IMG/VR virus record: IMGVR_UViG_3300042975_000100
Span: 1-64,000 of that record
Length of the DNA stretch: 64,000 bases
From: a virus
Lineage: Duplodnaviria; Caudoviricetes
Strand: one strand, 5' to 3'
Positions 18,865-29,028 of this stretch are shown piece after piece. The notes under the pieces are model-generated. The model was not told the DNA's origin. It worked only from the letters and a program-made list of their open reading frames with translations, and ran no database searches. Position numbers and translations under genes: made by a program. The first letter of the stretch is position 1, and each line of letters begins with the position of its first letter.

Positions 18865-19437
18865 ATGTCAACAGCTACAGAGTTATGGAAAGAGTGTACT
18901 CAACCACCAGCAGGAATGGGTGCACATAACCTCAAGAAGATCAAGGAACGGATCTTCGGAAACAGTTTTAAAGTTCCGTTGTATGGACATAAGTTTGTCT
19001 TTACTCCGGAGCAATGCCCAGTAGTGTTTAAAGATGGTAAGGTAGTAATCTTTGAGCATGGGTTCGTAAAACTCTTTGATGAGAAGTTTAATCTTGTCAA
19101 AGAGATGAAATCCAAGATTACGGATAGATTGGATTTCAATGGTAGTATGATCTATCACCAAAGAGCACCAAAGGAGAAATGGAAAAGACTCTTATGGGAA
19201 GTAGGATTGGTTAAAAGGAATTGGCGCCATCCTAACAATATTCAAATGAGACTCATAGATGACTCATTTTGTGTAGAGGATAGATCTACACAGGTTACAT
19301 ACAGTATTACTGTTTATAAAACGGGGACTAATGCATTATTTTGGCATGCACATGTCAAAGAGACCCCAGCAGTGATTCTGCAGTCAATGGCCGAGCGCGT
19401 TAAGAAAATAATGAATACAAAAGGATGGGTTAAATAA
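18865..19437 (+). CDS. Hypothetical early protein
   Basis: GGGAGGT RBS; TATATTAT at 18781. Confidence 0.8.
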   Translation: MSTATELWKECTQPPAGMGAHNLKKIKERIFGNSFKVPLYGHKFVFTPEQCPVVFKDGKVVIFEHGFVKLFDEKFNLVKEMKSKITDRLDFNGSMIYHQRAPKEKWKRLLWEVGLVKRNWRHPNNIQMRLIDDSFCVEDRSTQVTYSITVYKTGTNALFWHAHVKETPAVILQSMAERVKKIMNTKGWVK

Positions 19438-20030
19438 TGATGAAAATAAATGCAGCAAAGGAAATCGCAAGCAAGATTGAAAATAAGCAGGAATACGATA
19501 TGTTCCTGCTTAATATAACGAATCTCAAAGATCAGGGAAAGCTTGATCAGAAAGATTACATGGACTTGTTTACTGTAGCATGCAAGTCTTATGTCAATCA
19601 CCAGTATCCGGAAGATATTCCTTATGGCTTTTATACGGTAGATGAGATGTTCGATCGCTATCCAGAGGAATGGTTAGTAATGAATGAAGATGAACTTAGG
19701 TTCGTTATCCGTAAAGCCATCATGAAGCTTTCTAAGATGACTCCATTCATAGAGGACTTACCGTACAATGTCAGAATGGCTAATATCATTCAGCTTGAGT
19801 TCCCTTCTCCATATGGGTTGGATAGTAGTATGAATCTTTCGTGGCTTGGGGATTATATGAGTCATATCGACGTAGATCTTTCTGGTGCTGTTGCAGCTAT
19901 TAAACAGATTGAAAAGAACTACAGAGAGGAATACAAAAAGTTCGGATGCAGTGATTATACTGCTGGCGATATAATGATAATCGATAATGCTTTGAGCATA
20001 TTGATTCCGAATTACGAAAGGGTATTTTAA
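19437..20030 (+). CDS. Hypothetical protein
   Basis: Translationally coupled to the previous gene (TAATG). Confidence 0.8.
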   Translation: MMKINAAKEIASKIENKQEYDMFLLNITNLKDQGKLDQKDYMDLFTVACKSYVNHQYPEDIPYGFYTVDEMFDRYPEEWLVMNEDELRFVIRKAIMKLSKMTPFIEDLPYNVRMANIIQLEFPSPYGLDSSMNLSWLGDYMSHIDVDLSGAVAAIKQIEKNYREEYKKFGCSDYTAGDIMIIDNALSILIPNYERVF

Positions 20031-20076
20031 GTGGTACTTATAGTATACATGTCGTATACGCCAAATCGCTATTGGA

Positions 20077-20175
20077 ATGCATAATAAAGCAGCAACTGCA
20101 TTGTTGCTTGGATGGATGATAGGAATAGTCATCGCCCTTCTATTTATGATGATAGGAGTTATGATATTCTACTAA
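20077..20175 (+). CDS. Small hydrophobic (single-TM) peptide
   Basis: MHNKAATALLLGWMIGIVIALLFMMIGVMIFY, ending just before a terminator; weak RBS. Confidence 0.35.
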   Translation: MHNKAATALLLGWMIGIVIALLFMMIGVMIFY

Positions 20176-20287
20176 AAGATAAGGAGTCTTAAGACTCCTT
20201 TCTTTTTTTTTTTAATCATCCCTTGTTCGGTATGATAAAAGATATTCTGAACTTATTATTAATGAGATCACAAAGGAGTGGTAAAAA

Positions 20288-22586
20288 TTGAAACACATAA
20301 TTCCGATCAGTGAGGTATGCTATAAAAGCCGTAGTATACCGCAGCGAGCCATGTACTGTTATCCACTATATGAGACCTATAGGAAGGTATATAACTTCCG
20401 CAATATAGAAGAGTCTCTGTCTAGATGGAATTCGTACAGCAAAGATGAACAGGTGTGCTTTGAGCAAGCAACTTCACTTCTCAATTATGTATTGGAGAAG
20501 GGACCAGCTAGCGACAAACGTACGGCTGTAGAGCGTGTAGCTAATATTGCTGTAAATCTCCAAAACCCAAAAGCTTCTAAAGGTGTAGTTACGGCAATGA
20601 CTAAGAAAGCCGATAATGCTGTAAAGAAAGAAGCTGTATCTGTTATTGAGTCTGCTCTCGATAAGAATATCGAGGAACGGCGTATTATCGCTAATCATGA
20701 GATGATTAGCAAAAGATTCAATGTAGATTCATTTGTGCGTGAGAATCTGATGTTCAGTAATGATCCATCGGAAGTTCTTTACGAGTTGTGCTCCTTTGTA
20801 GAAACGTATAAACTTGGATTAGATTCCAAGTTTAAGATCGCTTTGGAGGAATGCTTATTTGCAATGGCCAAGAACAATATCGAAGTAGATGAACAGACTG
20901 TTCTTGAAGCTGTTACAGATTTCTTTATCTCTAATGAGATGAAGAAGAATGATAAGGGTGGTCAGATCTTTGATATCATGGATAAGGTCTGTAAATCGAG
21001 TAAGCTAATCAGTAATTGGGATTATATTAAAGATTTGCAGAAACACTGCAAATCTAAAGATTCTGTGAAAGAAAGCATGATGCTTACAGAGGCAGACAAA
21101 GGGATTATCAATACACTTGGTAATGCTAAGAATCTTGGTAAAGAAACTATCAATAAGTTCAAATCTCTTTCTGATAAAACAGTTCCTGACCTTAAGACAG
21201 TTATCAATAAACTCTTCATCCTTAAAGAGGATGAGGATGTTATTAATGACACTTCAAACGTACTCTCTCTTATTTTTTATCTTATTATCATTGCTGGGAC
21301 ATTCGCCATTGGAGTATTGCCCGGAATCTTGGGTTTGATAGTCACCAAGACTATCAATATGCATCTTGAGCGTAAGTATTATGATAAGGTGCTTAAGAAA
21401 TGGTATGCCCATAGAGATGCCACTGCAAGAAAGATGGAGAAGTGCAAAGATCCTGAGAAGAAGAAAAAGCTTGAAGAATATCTTAAAGAACTCGATAAGA
21501 ACATTGAGAAGCTTGAAGACTATTCGGATGCAATGCGTGGCGATGATGAAAAGAAGTCAAGCGATAAACGTCCAGAGAACTACAGTAAGAAAGATGACGA
21601 TGATTTTGGGGATCTTGGATTTGGATTTGAAGCTTCAAATATGGCATCTGATATAGAAGCTATATCATTTGGTATAGAGAATATCAAATGGGATAGAAAG
21701 TTAGTAGAGAATACATTGCTTTCTTATGAAGGAGCACAGAAATTATCTACTGATGATTTGAATTATCTTGCTGAGTTTGCTATCAGATACCCTGGCATGC
21801 TTTCACTTGATAAGATTCATGAAGCTGTTTGTATCAAAGAGAAGAGTATTCTCGATGAATCTACTAGCGTGATGAGCTATGTAGAAACTGGATTCTGCTC
21901 TAGTATCAAAGAGAAAGTTGAGCTGGCTAAGAAGAAGGAAGACGAGGTTAAATATCTCGAGAAAGATACTACAACTAAAGATGTATTCAAAGAATTGAAT
22001 GATCTGTACAAGTATACCTCGAATATTAATCATCATATTTCCTGCTTCAATGAGCTCTCTATGACTAGCAATCTTAAACTGGCTGCAGATAAACTTATGA
22101 ATGGTGTATCTAAGTTATCTGATAAAGAGCAGGTTGCATCTAGAACTCTTGATGGTGCTTGCAGACTTATGCAGCGTTCAGTTGAAAGAGCGCTGACAAT
22201 GGAGAATAGAGAAGCCGTAATCCGTGGAGATGTTCTTCCATCTTTGAGTAAGATTATTAAGTTAGCAGCTGTTACAGGTGTAGCAGCACTTATCCATCCG
22301 GCATTGGCAGCTATAATTCTTATTGGTAGATTCGCTATGAGTGCCTAAGATTCGTACTAAAGAGCGTCAGATGGTCGTAGATGAACTGTCTGTCGAACTC
22401 AAGATGATCGATAAATATATCCAGGATGCTGATGACAAGAAAGATTACAAGAAAGAGCGTGAACTCATGCTTGTAAAGAAAAAGCTTCAGAATCAGTATT
22501 CTCGCTTGAGCTATAATATAAACGTCGAATGGAAAGACGACAATACCCACATGCATATCGATAAGAATATTAAAAATGATGATTAA
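20288..22586 (+). CDS. Virion structural/internal head protein; one gene broken by a +1 frameshift at 22344-22345
   Basis: Removing one C gives ...FAMSAKIRTKERQ..., joining the two ORFs. Late motif at 20250; LTE/LDE/FNE-type motifs; lies in the capsid operon. Confidence 0.65.
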
Positions 22587-22602
22587 GGAGGTATGAACAT
22601 TT

Positions 22603-23772
22603 ATGAGCAGTATGTTTGATAGTTTACGCTATATAGTAAATGAAAAGATCACCGTAAATGGGCAGCCACTTGGGGATGATACAGCTGATGGCGAGGAGGA
22701 ACCTAAATATGATGACGACCCTAATCAAGATCCAGCAGCGCCAGATGACAATGGAGGCACTAATGCAGACAATACACCAGCTGAGCCGGCACCGGCTGCT
22801 GATGCCACTGGCGATGCTGCTAATGATGCTACTTCAGCACCTGATCAAGCACCAGATACGGCGAATGCTCCGGATGACACTGCGGCTGAGCCAGAACCCG
22901 CTGGCGAAGATCAACCCAATGACCAAACGAATGCACCAGATAATACTGCGGATGCAGGTGATGCTGACGCTACTGGGGATGAACCACCAGTATACGATGA
23001 TGACCCTAATGCAGAAGACGATACCGATGGAGGCTTAGACGCTGGAGACACTGGTGCAGATGATACAGCTGCAGATGCTCCGGATGCTGGTACAGACCAA
23101 GCCGCTACTGATACACCACCAGAAGAGGCAGGAGCGGCTCCTGCCACTGGTGGAGATGATACTGGGGATGAACCGCCAACATATGACGACGATCCTAATG
23201 CTGAAGACGATGCACCAGCCGACGACGGTACAGATCCTCAAGAAGGAGGAGATGACAATGGGCAGGGCGCTGAGGACGGTGGAGAGGAACCGCCAACATA
23301 TGACGACGATCCTAACGCAGAAGATGGCGAAGGTGACGACGGACAAGAAGCTGGAGATGACGGTGCTGGTGATACTGGCGATGCAGCTCCTGCTGATGGT
23401 GTGGATACTGAAGATGGCGGAGGAGACGATGAGATAGATCAGCTCCAGCAGGATGTATTCTCCGATCTTACCCCTGCTCAGATTGCTATTAAGAACAAAG
23501 AGCTTAAGGGTAACTTCATCAATCTCTATACCGACATCACATCTATCCTTGATAGACTTACCTCAGTGAATCGTACTTCTGATAATATCAGAACAATAGA
23601 GTTTATCACTCGTAAGTTTATGGATCTCAAAGATATAGTCAAAGATTCATTGGTCTTTACCTATGATCAGAAAAGCTATGTGCAGAATCAGATTGATCTT
23701 CAGAAGTTTATCTCTATTTATGCTGGACTTACTCAGATGATTGAAGAACTTGGAGAAGAAGCCTCTAAATAG
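22603..23772 (+). CDS. Highly acidic low-complexity head protein (scaffold-like) with four EPPxYDDDPNAED-like repeats
   Basis: D/A/G/P-rich disordered region and helical C-terminus; directly upstream of the major capsid gene. Confidence 0.65.
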   Translation: MSSMFDSLRYIVNEKITVNGQPLGDDTADGEEEPKYDDDPNQDPAAPDDNGGTNADNTPAEPAPAADATGDAANDATSAPDQAPDTANAPDDTAAEPEPAGEDQPNDQTNAPDNTADAGDADATGDEPPVYDDDPNAEDDTDGGLDAGDTGADDTAADAPDAGTDQAATDTPPEEAGAAPATGGDDTGDEPPTYDDDPNAEDDAPADDGTDPQEGGDDNGQGAEDGGEEPPTYDDDPNAEDGEGDDGQEAGDDGAGDTGDAAPADGVDTEDGGGDDEIDQLQQDVFSDLTPAQIAIKNKELKGNFINLYTDITSILDRLTSVNRTSDNIRTIEFITRKFMDLKDIVKDSLVFTYDQKSYVQNQIDLQKFISIYAGLTQMIEELGEEASK

Positions 23773-23805
23773 CCAAATTAAATTCAAATGCGATTAGCTT
23801 AAATA

Positions 23806-23817
23806 AACAATATAGTA
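23806..23817 (+). promoter_or_regulatory. Late promoter motif AACA-N6-TA (representative copy)
   Basis: AACA copies also at 34745, 36015, 37363, 46499, 47061, 50848 (TG), 62770 (+) and 18101-18112, 54973-54984 (-). AACT variants at 18137, 20250, 47573, 52492, 57053 (+) and 43429-43440 (-). Matches the AR9 late consensus AACA-6N-T(A/G). Confidence 0.8.
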
Positions 23818-23886
23818 AATATTTAGCCCAATCTCGGCTTGATATATTATATCTGAAAATAAGAAATTACTAAGGAGGAAATAAAC

Positions 23887-25869
23887 ATGTCTGTTGTAGG
23901 AACTAGAGAAAATAACAAAGACATTATGCGCGGCTATGAACAGGACGCCATGGCCCCATTTGCCGAAGCATTCGTAAACGTTGCAAAAGCTGGTATTGAT
24001 GAGGGGTGCAACTTCTTCGGAGATACGAGTGACTTTTTGCGTAATCGCTCCACTCGTGATGAGCTGAAGAAATTCTTCATGGAGCAGTCTTTCGATAAGG
24101 AAGATCCGCGTTTCTGCCAGGAAGGCAAAAATGCAAACCCGAACGCTGCTGCTAACATCAAAGAGCATATGGACGAGATGTCTGCACTGTTCGAGAACGA
24201 TGTTGAGAAGATCATGACAGAGGCTTCGCCGCTGGGTGCTTTCAACAACGTTGTTGGTCTGGCACTGCCGATTCATAAGAATATTCTTATGAGTGCTGTG
24301 TTTGATCAGATTCTGCCGAAATCGGTTGCTCAGAGCCCGAAATTCACGCTGTCCCTTGAGACTCGTGAAATGATCGACATTCACGGCAACCACATCGATA
24401 TGTTCATGGAGCAGAACAAGATGACTCCGGCCATCAACGAGTCTGTTCCGAACCAGGATGTTATCATCCCGATTCCGGAAATGAAATCCGTGAACATTCT
24501 GAAAGATACGTTCAACCTCGTTGGTCAGAAATATCATCTGTCCATCAAATCGGCTGTAACGGGTATCATCGTTGAGTCCATGTGCAAAACTGGCGATACG
24601 TATTATGATGCAACGACGAAGACGATGAAGCAGGTTACGGCAGCAGCTGATGAAGGTATGAAACCGGTTCTGTTTGAGTGCGGCGAGATTCAGTTCCTGC
24701 CGGGTTATGGCGAGATCGATCGTCAGATCAACAAGACGATTGGCTTCACAATCACGAAGGCTGATGGAACGACTGTTCCGGTTACCGGCGTACTGGCTGG
24801 TGGCGCTTACAAGGATGATACGTTCTACTTCACGTTCACGCCATCCACGGCTGAAGCTAAAGTTTCGGCTATCCGCTTCCATGCTGTCGTAGACACGACG
24901 TCTGCAGCATTCCCGACGGTCCGCTTCGAATGGGCTGCGAAGACTGATATCTTCCAGATCCCAGAGCAGCCGCACGTTACGGTTACGGTATCCCCGGAAT
25001 CCGTAAAAGATATCCAGGCTTCGTACGATGTAAACCAGATCACGAAGCTCATGAGCATGATGCAGCTTGCACTTGTTCATTGGAAAGATGACAATATCCT
25101 GATGGATCTTGATCACAGCTTCAAGACGATGCCGGCAAGCCAGAAGGTCACCGGTGCAATCGATTGGGCTCCACCTCTCCAGTTCCTCGGTACGCCGAAG
25201 CAGTGGAGAACGGAAATGGGCATGGACCAGCTCGACAAGTACGTTACTCGTATGCTTCAGGTTCTGAACGACGAGAACATGACGATCCTTGTTGTTGGTC
25301 GTCCGGAGATCATCCGCAACATTGTTCCGCAGGAATATACGTACCAGGCTCCGAGCAACATCGGTCCGGTGCAGCTTGACTACACTCGTACGGTCGTTTC
25401 GACTGATAAGCGTGTGTACAACTTCGTATCCAGCCAGAAGATGCGTAATGATAACAACCTTATCCTTATGCTGATTCCGCGCAACACTATGCGTATTACG
25501 TACAAACTGATCGATTATCAGCTGTATGTATCCAATGAAATCCGCGATACTGTTAACTACGAGCTCCCGGGCATGACCTGCTTCGAGCGCTGGTTGTTCC
25601 TCCAGTATCAGCCTGTACAGGGGAGAATTCAGATCATGAACGTTATGGGTACTCGTGAGCAGATCGAGAACAACAACCCGGTTGCTGATCGTGCTATGCA
25701 TGATGATACGGCTAACTACAGCTCCTACGCTTCTAGCGTCAATGGCGTTGTTAAGACGAGCGATGGTTCCTTCATCGGTGTCGCAAAGACGGCTACGCCG
25801 GCTGCTGCACATGAGAACAACGCTGTTGTCGGTAACCCGACTGGCTTTGCTGCTCCTGACCAGCATTAA
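23887..25869 (+). CDS. Major capsid protein precursor
   Basis: 660 aa with very strong codon bias, strong RBS, late promoter and terminator; N-terminal propeptide ending near IMTEAS; resembles AR9-like major capsid proteins. Confidence 0.8.
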   Translation: MSVVGTRENNKDIMRGYEQDAMAPFAEAFVNVAKAGIDEGCNFFGDTSDFLRNRSTRDELKKFFMEQSFDKEDPRFCQEGKNANPNAAANIKEHMDEMSALFENDVEKIMTEASPLGAFNNVVGLALPIHKNILMSAVFDQILPKSVAQSPKFTLSLETREMIDIHGNHIDMFMEQNKMTPAINESVPNQDVIIPIPEMKSVNILKDTFNLVGQKYHLSIKSAVTGIIVESMCKTGDTYYDATTKTMKQVTAAADEGMKPVLFECGEIQFLPGYGEIDRQINKTIGFTITKADGTTVPVTGVLAGGAYKDDTFYFTFTPSTAEAKVSAIRFHAVVDTTSAAFPTVRFEWAAKTDIFQIPEQPHVTVTVSPESVKDIQASYDVNQITKLMSMMQLALVHWKDDNILMDLDHSFKTMPASQKVTGAIDWAPPLQFLGTPKQWRTEMGMDQLDKYVTRMLQVLNDENMTILVVGRPEIIRNIVPQEYTYQAPSNIGPVQLDYTRTVVSTDKRVYNFVSSQKMRNDNNLILMLIPRNTMRITYKLIDYQLYVSNEIRDTVNYELPGMTCFERWLFLQYQPVQGRIQIMNVMGTREQIENNNPVADRAMHDDTANYSSYASSVNGVVKTSDGSFIGVAKTATPAAAHENNAVVGNPTGFAAPDQH

Positions 25870-25891
25870 TCAAAATCATAGTAGAATATAT

Positions 25892-25918
25892 AGAGGTACT
25901 GTCTTGCAGTACCTCTTT
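25892..25918 (+). terminator. Terminator after the capsid gene
   Basis: AGAGGTACTG-tcttg-CAGTACCTCT-TT. Confidence 0.75.
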
Positions 25919-25954
25919 ATTCTACGTTAAATTTATGGTAAAGGAGGAAATAGC

Positions 25955-27118
25955 ATGCTTAATGAAACTATGCAGAATAGAATTGGAGATCTTTCAGGAG
26001 CTTTGATGACCCTGAAGATGCATCCGAAATCTGCTATTGTACTTCAGGATATTCGCTCAGCGATCAATGCCATCTTCAAGAATGATAAAGGAGATGGAGT
26101 TTGTAAGCAGGTTATCTTTACTGAGAATACGGATAAACTCTTCTTCGGCATTGTAGTTATGCCTGTTATCCCAGCTGATAAGATCATCGATATTCTTATG
26201 AATGATGAGCACTACATCATTCCAGAGGTATACGTAGAGCTTGATTCCAAACTGTTCTCTGAGATGCTTGATCTTGATGTCAATGAGATTACTGCATTGG
26301 TATTGAGAGAAGTAGACCATATGGTATCAGATGCACGGCCTATGGAGCAGATCAAGAATGATATCGATAATTACCTTTATAAGAAGGGTGAGAATATCAA
26401 GCTGTCTGATTCTGTTCACTATAAGGAATTACTTTCCTTTGGTGTACGTGATGCTATCCGCAAAACGGTATCTATCTTTGAAGCTACGAAAGATCATATC
26501 ACTGATCAGTCTGATGATGATATGGAAATCGCCGAGGATCTTAGATCTGCAATGAATAAGATCGATAACAACGGTTTCAACTTCAATAGCGAGATTGATA
26601 ACAAATTGATCTTCTTGTCCTGGGTGCTGCGCTTGTATAGAGACGTATTGACGTATCGTGTTAATGCTATCTATACGTTGAAGCATAGCATTCGCTTGAC
26701 TCCATCTGTTCTCGAGCAGAAAGAGATGAAGAATATCATTTCTCGCCTGGAAAGAATCGATGATGATAGTTTGCTTCAGGAAGGTAGTGTGCTTGGAAAC
26801 ATCATTGATGCATTCAGACGTACTTCTGGGGATATGAAGCGTAATGGTATCAAACGGTATGAAGATGATTTCTATGAGATTCAGTTTGAGGTAAATAACA
26901 TCGAGACTCAGGAAGAGGCTATGCTGCTGTTGCATCGTATCAACTCCCGTATGTCTGTTATCGATGATTACATCAGCACTGAGGAAATGAATAAGTCTGA
27001 TTACCATCGTTGGACCGGACTGTACCAGAAGTATGGTGCACTTAGAGCTACTCTGGCAAAGAATAAGATCTACCAGAACAAGACTCGTCTCTATGTCAAC
27101 TATGGCATGGATGATTAA
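25955..27118 (+). CDS. Virion structural protein (putative)
   Basis: 387 aa, AAGGAGG RBS, follows the capsid gene. Confidence 0.7.
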   Translation: MLNETMQNRIGDLSGALMTLKMHPKSAIVLQDIRSAINAIFKNDKGDGVCKQVIFTENTDKLFFGIVVMPVIPADKIIDILMNDEHYIIPEVYVELDSKLFSEMLDLDVNEITALVLREVDHMVSDARPMEQIKNDIDNYLYKKGENIKLSDSVHYKELLSFGVRDAIRKTVSIFEATKDHITDQSDDDMEIAEDLRSAMNKIDNNGFNFNSEIDNKLIFLSWVLRLYRDVLTYRVNAIYTLKHSIRLTPSVLEQKEMKNIISRLERIDDDSLLQEGSVLGNIIDAFRRTSGDMKRNGIKRYEDDFYEIQFEVNNIETQEEAMLLLHRINSRMSVIDDYISTEEMNKSDYHRWTGLYQKYGALRATLAKNKIYQNKTRLYVNYGMDD

Positions 27119-27204
27119 AAATATAAAGTATACAACAAGAATATATCAGGCATAGCTTGAATGCTATGCCTTTATATTTTGCTAGGAGGTTAAATAGAAA
27201 TACA

Positions 27205-27414
27205 ATGAATAAGAAACTGGTATCAATGACAAGAGAAGAGATTATGGATGAGCTTAAAGAAGGAAAGTCTGATTTCATTTCATCTCATAGATTAGAGCTG
27301 ATGTTACTCTCAATGCGTGAGAGATATGATAAAAATCTTTGGATATTGCCTAAAGGTGAAACATCCGCTTTGCACCTTCCTATTACCCACTTAGATCTTG
27401 ATAAAAACAATTAA
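27205..27414 (+). CDS. Small hypothetical protein
   Basis: AGGAGGT upstream of ATG 27205. Confidence 0.5.
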   Translation: MNKKLVSMTREEIMDELKEGKSDFISSHRLELMLLSMRERYDKNLWILPKGETSALHLPITHLDLDKNN

Positions 27415-27532
27415 ATTTCTTTCATTCATATATTATATGAATGAAGGAGGTTTAAATAGAATTTAAACAGAGTGTCTACAATTCTATTAATCAGGCCCAA
27501 ATTAGGTCAAGTAATGAGAGGAGTCATCAATC

Positions 27533-28333
27533 ATGGCATTAGGACAAACGTATGACAACAACAAAAATGAGGCTTATCGCCCTACAGTGTATGGTATTTC
27601 GATGAGCAATACAGGAGAGAGCGCAGTTGACAAAACTCAGTTGTCTTTCTCTATGTGGAAAGGTACTATTAAAGTACAGATCGCACCGATGGTTAAAGCA
27701 TCATCGTCTGACGATTTCCCGAAAGCAGATCGTGATTCTGCTGCATCCATCTATCTTAGCCCATCTAAGGCTTATATGCTTTCGCAGATTATGCGTAAGT
27801 GCTTGGATGATATTAAAGCCTTCCCGTTGGATGGCTATTCCATCAATGCTGGTGGTGGTCTTATCACTATCAGCTCTGGTAAAGATTTCGGAGCTAAGAA
27901 CCCATGCATCGTTCTTCGTTCGATCAATCCGGATACCGGCAAGGTTGAAGCGATGTATGCATATGAGTTCAAGACTGATTACCATACGGTAATTGAGAAC
28001 TACAATGAAGAGAAAGGTAGCTATACTGAAAATGCAAAGATGTTTGCAAACATCGAGATGCAGCAGGTGATTGAGCAGCTTGAAGACTATGCTCGCTCTT
28101 CCAATCACGCATATGCATTCTCTGTATGTGATAGCATGTCTTTCCAGCTGAACTCTGTACGTTCTGACATTGGCAAAGTTGCTGAGAAACTTGGCGTAAC
28201 GCTTGGTAGTAAGGGCGGACGCAAAGGAACATCTCGTAGCTTCTTCAATAAAGGCGGAAATGGTGGAAACGCCAGTGAGAGTGTAGCTCATCAGACTGCA
28301 ACCATTGATGATATCGTTGGTAACGACGACTAA
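27533..28333 (+). CDS. Putative single-stranded DNA-binding protein
   Basis: Early promoter at 27429, beta-rich body, Gly-rich linker and acidic tail (IDDIVGNDD); sits in the replication cluster. Confidence 0.5.
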   Translation: MALGQTYDNNKNEAYRPTVYGISMSNTGESAVDKTQLSFSMWKGTIKVQIAPMVKASSSDDFPKADRDSAASIYLSPSKAYMLSQIMRKCLDDIKAFPLDGYSINAGGGLITISSGKDFGAKNPCIVLRSINPDTGKVEAMYAYEFKTDYHTVIENYNEEKGSYTENAKMFANIEMQQVIEQLEDYARSSNHAYAFSVCDSMSFQLNSVRSDIGKVAEKLGVTLGSKGGRKGTSRSFFNKGGNGGNASESVAHQTATIDDIVGNDD

Positions 28334-28383
28334 ATTAAAAGGAGGATAAAGAGTGTACTTAGGTGCACTCTTTATTTTTTGCC

Positions 28384-29028
28384 ATGAGTAAAGTAAATAC
28401 TATAAATAATCTTGTAGAGTTTAATTGCATTCTTGGCACTGATGTCGGTATAGTTAAGGTACTATTGAAGCACTATGGTAAGTCTGGGTATTTCGATATC
28501 CATTATTCTACAGAGAACTCATTGAAAAATAAGTTACTTTGGAGGGATAATTGGAATCCTCTTACTATAATGCTTAAACCGGATTATATGGATAGTGCCA
28601 ATGATTTATACAAAGAGGTAGTTAAGAAGTATGAGGATGAGATATATGAGTTATCTCCTTATACTGACATTCTAAGATTCATGAATCTTATGCAGAATAA
28701 TGATGATTGGAAAACCAACTGTTGCGTAAATTGTAAAAATGAACGACAAAAACAAATCGTTAAACAGATCAATTCGAGATTTCAAATCTCGATAGATCAA
28801 ATTAGCATGAGAGAGTATACGACTCTCTTTATTAATGAGATAGAGAATATTGCTAAGTATCGAGATCTTGGAGGGAAGTATATCTTCATATCTAATTATA
28901 GATTCAACCTTACTGAAGACTTTGTGCCTAAACCGGTCATACTCTTAGAAGGTGGTTATAATAAGGTGAGAATGATAGATCCTTATAAAGGTCTACGATT
29001 ACCAGTCAAAAACGAAGGAGATATGTGA
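28384..29028 (+). CDS. Hypothetical protein
   Basis: 214-aa ORF overlapping the chaperonin start. Confidence 0.7.
   Translation: MSKVNTINNLVEFNCILGTDVGIVKVLLKHYGKSGYFDIHYSTENSLKNKLLWRDNWNPLTIMLKPDYMDSANDLYKEVVKKYEDEIYELSPYTDILRFMNLMQNNDDWKTNCCVNCKNERQKQIVKQINSRFQISIDQISMREYTTLFINEIENIAKYRDLGGKYIFISNYRFNLTEDFVPKPVILLEGGYNKVRMIDPYKGLRLPVKNEGDM

Noticed and set aside
22950-23330. Spaced DNA repeats resembling a CRISPR array
   Set aside because: They are coding repeats (EPPTYDDDPNAED) with synonymous variation and irregular spacing; no cas genes are present.
23794-25866. 690-aa antisense ORF over the major capsid gene
   Set aside because: Shadow ORF caused by strong codon bias on the sense strand; no RBS or recognisable motifs.
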